Positions 61,239 to 64,000 of a DNA stretch of 64,000 bases are shown piece by piece (the stretch's first letter is position 1; each line of letters opens with the position of its first letter). The DNA is from a bacterium (GTDB lineage: Bacteria; Bacillota; Limnochordia; DTU080; RSA5), in contig PKEU01000149.1 of the NCBI GenBank assembly GCA_002919195.1, positions 8,130-72,129 on the forward strand, read 5' to 3'. Under the pieces are notes generated by a model. That model was not told where the DNA came from and searched no databases. It saw only the letters and a program-made list of their open reading frames with translations. A program made the position numbers and the translations under genes.

Positions 61239-61985
61239 TTACGCCAGGGTGATGCGGCTGCCGCTCAAGGTCTGGACCACAGAAGCGGCGTTGCCGTCTT
61301 TCAAAGCGATTTCCAAGGTGCCGTAAGAGTTTTCAATCAAGAAAAGCACACCCTCGGGGGCGTCCTGATAGCGGGCGAAAAAGGGGAGACGATCGGGCAG
61401 GCGGCCCACCTCGATCCGGGCCATGTACTCCTTTTTTCCTGGCACCGGAGGCAAATTGGTGAGGCAGTTGCCAAAGCGGTCGATACGGACGATCTCTCCT
61501 TCCCGGCCCTCCCGGTGAAAGCGCAGGGAAACGAGGTCGGACACAGCTGGTCCAAGGGCCTCAAGGGGCCGGCCGTTTGCCAACTGGGCCGCTGCGGGGG
61601 CAAACACGTCGCGCCCGTGAAAGGTGCGGGACGCTCCGGGAGGAGGCGTGAGCTCAACCGCCTGGACGACCCCATCTCGAGTGGCGCACGGGTAAAGCAG
61701 GCCGTTGTCGGGGCCGACAAAGAAGTAATTTTCGCTCTGGATCGCGACCGCCCGCCTCTCGCTGCCGACGCCCGGATCGACGACGCAGAGAAAGACCGAT
61801 CCCCGAGGGAACCACCGGTACGTCTCGGCCAGGAGCCAAGCCCCCTCCCGGATCCCTTGGGGGCTGACGTCGTGGCACAAATCGATCACCCTGGCCTCGG
61901 GCGCATGGGTTGCGAGGACGCCTTTCATCACCCCGACGTACTCGGAAAAGCCGAAATCCGTGAGGAGCACGATGCTCGCTGGCAC
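61239..61985 (-). CDS. SAM hydrolase / SAM-dependent halogenase family protein (DUF62, S-adenosyl-L-methionine hydroxide adenosyltransferase)
   Basis: IVLLTDFG N-terminus, [16 protein letters not shown] motifs of the fluorinase/SAM hydroxide adenosyltransferase family. Confidence 0.75.
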   Translation of the reverse strand: MPASIVLLTDFGFSEYVGVMKGVLATHAPEARVIDLCHDVSPQGIREGAWLLAETYRWFPRGSVFLCVVDPGVGSERRAVAIQSENYFFVGPDNGLLYPCATRDGVVQAVELTPPPGASRTFHGRDVFAPAAAQLANGRPLEALGPAVSDLVSLRFHREGREGEIVRIDRFGNCLTNLPPVPGKKEYMARIEVGRLPDRLPFFARYQDAPEGVLFLIENSYGTLEIALKDGNAASVVQTLSGSRITLA

Positions 61986-61988
61986 GGC

Positions 61989-62756
61989 CTAAAGCTCCCC
62001 CCGGACCAGGGCCTTGGCCAGCTCCCGGTAGGCCTCGGCGCCCGGGATGTTTTGGGCATAGGTAAAGATCGACTCCCCGCTCGCGGCAGCCTCGGCAAAA
62101 CGGATGCTCCGGTAGACGATGGTGTTGAGCACCCGGACCTTGGGTTCAAACTCCTTTTTCAGTTGGTCGAAGGTCTCCTGCGCATGCCGGGTCCTCTTGT
62201 CAAACATCGTCGGCAACAGGCCGATCACCTTGAGCTGGCTGTTGGCCTGGCCTTGCACTTTCTTGATAAACGTAAGAATGCCCTTGACCGCCCGCATCGC
62301 AAGATACTCGCAGGCCACTGGGATCAAGACGCCGTCGGCGACGACCATCGCGTTGAGCGTCAACAAGCCCAAGGAAGGCTGGCAATCGATGATGATCGTG
62401 TCGTACTGGTCGCGTATTCCGGCCAGCACCGCGGCCAGCCGCCGCTCGCGGGCAAACAGGTTGACCAGCTCGATCTCGGCCAGAGCCAAATCGACGTTGG
62501 CCGGAATGAGATCCGCCCCAAAGCTGGTCTTGTGCAAAAGGGCCCCGATCTCATACCCCTTCATCAGCCCGTCGTACACGGTCTTTTCCAGGGCGTCGGG
62601 CTCAAGGCCGCTCGCGAGCGTCAGGCCTCCCTGGGGATCGAGGTCGACCACCAGCACCCGTTTGCCCATCGCTGCCAGCGACGCGGCCAGGTTGACGACC
62701 GTCGTCGTCTTGCCGACACCACCCTTTTGACTTGCCACCGCAATGCACTCGTACAA
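61989..62756 (-). CDS. ParA/Soj-family P-loop ATPase (orphan; no adjacent parB)
   Basis: Deviant Walker A KGGVGKTT, DLDPQGG, and Soj-like pattern throughout. Start placed at TTG 62756 with GGGGAGAGG upstream (GTG 62795 also possible). Confidence 0.75.
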   Translation of the reverse strand: MYECIAVASQKGGVGKTTTVVNLAASLAAMGKRVLVVDLDPQGGLTLASGLEPDALEKTVYDGLMKGYEIGALLHKTSFGADLIPANVDLALAEIELVNLFARERRLAAVLAGIRDQYDTIIIDCQPSLGLLTLNAMVVADGVLIPVACEYLAMRAVKGILTFIKKVQGQANSQLKVIGLLPTMFDKRTRHAQETFDQLKKEFEPKVRVLNTIVYRSIRFAEAAASGESIFTYAQNIPGAEAYRELAKALVRGEL

Positions 62757-62846
62757 GGACCTCTCCCCACTTCCGCCGCTCCGTAAGCCAGCCACACGCG
62801 AGCCGCGATGGGCGCGCTCGACGCTGGCGACTGCTTTTCGCTCGCT

Positions 62847-64000
62847 TTAGCGCTCGTCCGCGTTTTCTCCCTCGCGATCTCCAGGCTCTGCGTCTTTGCC
62901 CGTGCCCCATGCGCGCGCCATCTGGAGCAAGGCTTCCCGGGTGTTTTTGGCCGGATCCTCGAGCACCGCCTCGTGAAGGCGGGAAAGGATCTCGCCGACG
63001 CGCGGTCCGGGGCCGATGCCGAGTTCCCGCATGACATCGTGACCATCGATCGCGAGCCGGCGGACCGGCAGGGCCTCGCCCCTTCGGTGGATCTCCTCCA
63101 CCTCTTGTTGGACGCGGTCGAGATAAGGAATCTCCCCTTGCCAGCCGCTGGCCCAGGCATCGGCGCGGCAAAGGTGCACGAGATCGATCAGCCATTCCTT
63201 GTCCCACGCCAGCATCCAGCGCCGGAGCGTCTTCGCGCTGATCGACGGATCGACTGACATGTGCCTTTCGATCCACCCGGCCATCCGCTCGATCTCCCGC
63301 TTGGAGAGCCGAAGCCGCGTCCCGATGCGCCGGGCAAGCTCCGCCCCGGCGCGGGCGTGGCCGTGGTAGGTGACCCTCCCGTCAGCCCGGATGGCGCGGG
63401 TGCTGATTTTGCCCAAATCGTGCAAGAGCCCTGCGAATCGCAGCAATGGATCAGGCGGGCATCCCGCCGCCGTCAGGATCAGGTGATCGAGGAGCGTTGG
63501 CTGACCCGGCTTGAAGCTGGCGACCCGGTCCGCCTCCTTGAGCTCAGGAAGGATCTCGAAGAGGAGGCCGCTTTCCCGCAGCATTCCTAGGGCCCTTTGA
63601 ACATCGTCTACTTCCAGGATCTTAAAGAGTTCGTCCCGCACCCGTTCGGCGCTGAGCCGGCGCACTCCTTGAGCCTCTGTCTCCAACGCCCGCCAGGTAT
63701 CGAGCTCAATGTCGAAGGAAAGCCTTGCCGCAAGGCGGACGGCCCGTAAAGTCCGCAAAGCGTCTTCCCGAAAGCGCTCCACCGGATCGCCCACGGCGCG
63801 GATCAGGCAAGCCTCCAAATCGTCCAGGCCCCCGTGGGGGTCGGCCAAGCGGCCGCTCGCCATGTCCCAGGCGATCGCGTTGACCGTAAAATCCCGCCGC
63901 GCCAAATCGTCTTCGATCGCATCGGCGTACTCGACGCGGCTTGGCCGGCGGCCGTCGACGTAATCGTGCTCCTTGCGAAACGTCGTCACGTCGACAAATC
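62847..64000 (-). CDS. cca: CCA-adding tRNA nucleotidyltransferase (C-terminal HD-domain part; N-terminus beyond window end)
   Basis: ...TTFRKEHDYVDGRRPSRVEYADAIEDDLARRDFTVNAIAWD..., then an HD domain (LLHDLGK). The reading frame stays open through position 64000, so the polymerase-beta head domain lies outside the window. Confidence 0.8.
   Translation of the reverse strand, partial: FVDVTTFRKEHDYVDGRRPSRVEYADAIEDDLARRDFTVNAIAWDMASGRLADPHGGLDDLEACLIRAVGDPVERFREDALRTLRAVRLAARLSFDIELDTWRALETEAQGVRRLSAERVRDELFKILEVDDVQRALGMLRESGLLFEILPELKEADRVASFKPGQPTLLDHLILTAAGCPPDPLLRFAGLLHDLGKISTRAIRADGRVTYHGHARAGAELARRIGTRLRLSKREIERMAGWIERHMSVDPSISAKTLRRWMLAWDKEWLIDLVHLCRADAWASGWQGEIPYLDRVQQEVEEIHRRGEALPVRRLAIDGHDVMRELGIGPGPRVGEILSRLHEAVLEDPAKNTREALLQMARAWGTGKDAEPGDREGENADER

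Noticed and set aside
1-64000. CRISPR arrays, IS elements/transposases, integrases, prophage genes, rRNA/tRNA genes
   Set aside because: No direct-repeat/spacer periodicity, no transposase/integrase-like ORFs, and no tRNA-like conserved stems were seen. GC content and codon usage look uniform across the window, so there is no evidence of a horizontally acquired island.

Overview
This 64-kb window is high-GC (about two-thirds G+C) chromosomal DNA from a Gram-positive-type bacterium. Gene content and SD-like sequences (GGAGG) upstream of starts are consistent with a Firmicutes/Limnochordia/Symbiobacterium-like thermophile; this is inference only. The window is densely packed with about 65 protein genes, most of them on the minus strand in long co-directional arrays, and has very short intergenic regions. 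No rRNA, tRNA, CRISPR or mobile elements were recognised.

Recognisable blocks, in order:
- arginine biosynthesis argC-argJ-argB-argD (minus strand), with a tandem ARG-box operator overlapping its promoter
- housekeeping genes: RsmC-like methyltransferase, MTHFS, an EamA transporter, YjjX-like NTPase, HelY/Ski2-like helicase, pgpA, a MazG-like gene, queG, trxA, an Nfu C-domain gene, moaA
- a DAHP synthase gene preceded by a promoter, an aromatic-rich leader peptide and a terminator (candidate attenuator)
- a 2-oxoacid dehydrogenase E1alpha/E1beta/E2 operon, fused at its 5' side to molybdenum-cofactor insertion genes (XdhC, XdhC-N, MocA)
- pyrC, kamA and an ATP-grasp-like gene, followed by an ArsR-ABC exporter pair
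- ispH, mutY
- a molybdenum hydroxylase operon (FAD, 2Fe-2S and Mo subunits) followed by an unusual MoaD-HTH-MBL fusion gene
- korAB
- LysM/M23 peptidase, a GltS-FMN-domain protein, a SplB-like radical SAM gene, nagB-fabI, dagK
- an unusual cluster encoding a PqqD(RRE)+GGCT multidomain protein, an oxidoreductase, two unknown acidic proteins and a propeptide-bearing subtilisin
- rnhA, a SAM hydrolase, an orphan ParA, and cca (partial)

The strongest candidates for new biology are:
1. a Phe/Tyr/Trp-rich leader-peptide attenuator upstream of DAHP synthase
2. the RRE-GGCT / subtilisin cluster
3. the Ubl(MoaD)-HTH-MBL fusion next to the Mo-hydroxylase genes
4. a KamA + ATP-grasp pair

All functional calls rest on my recognition of conserved motifs in the translated ORFs. 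No database search was run.
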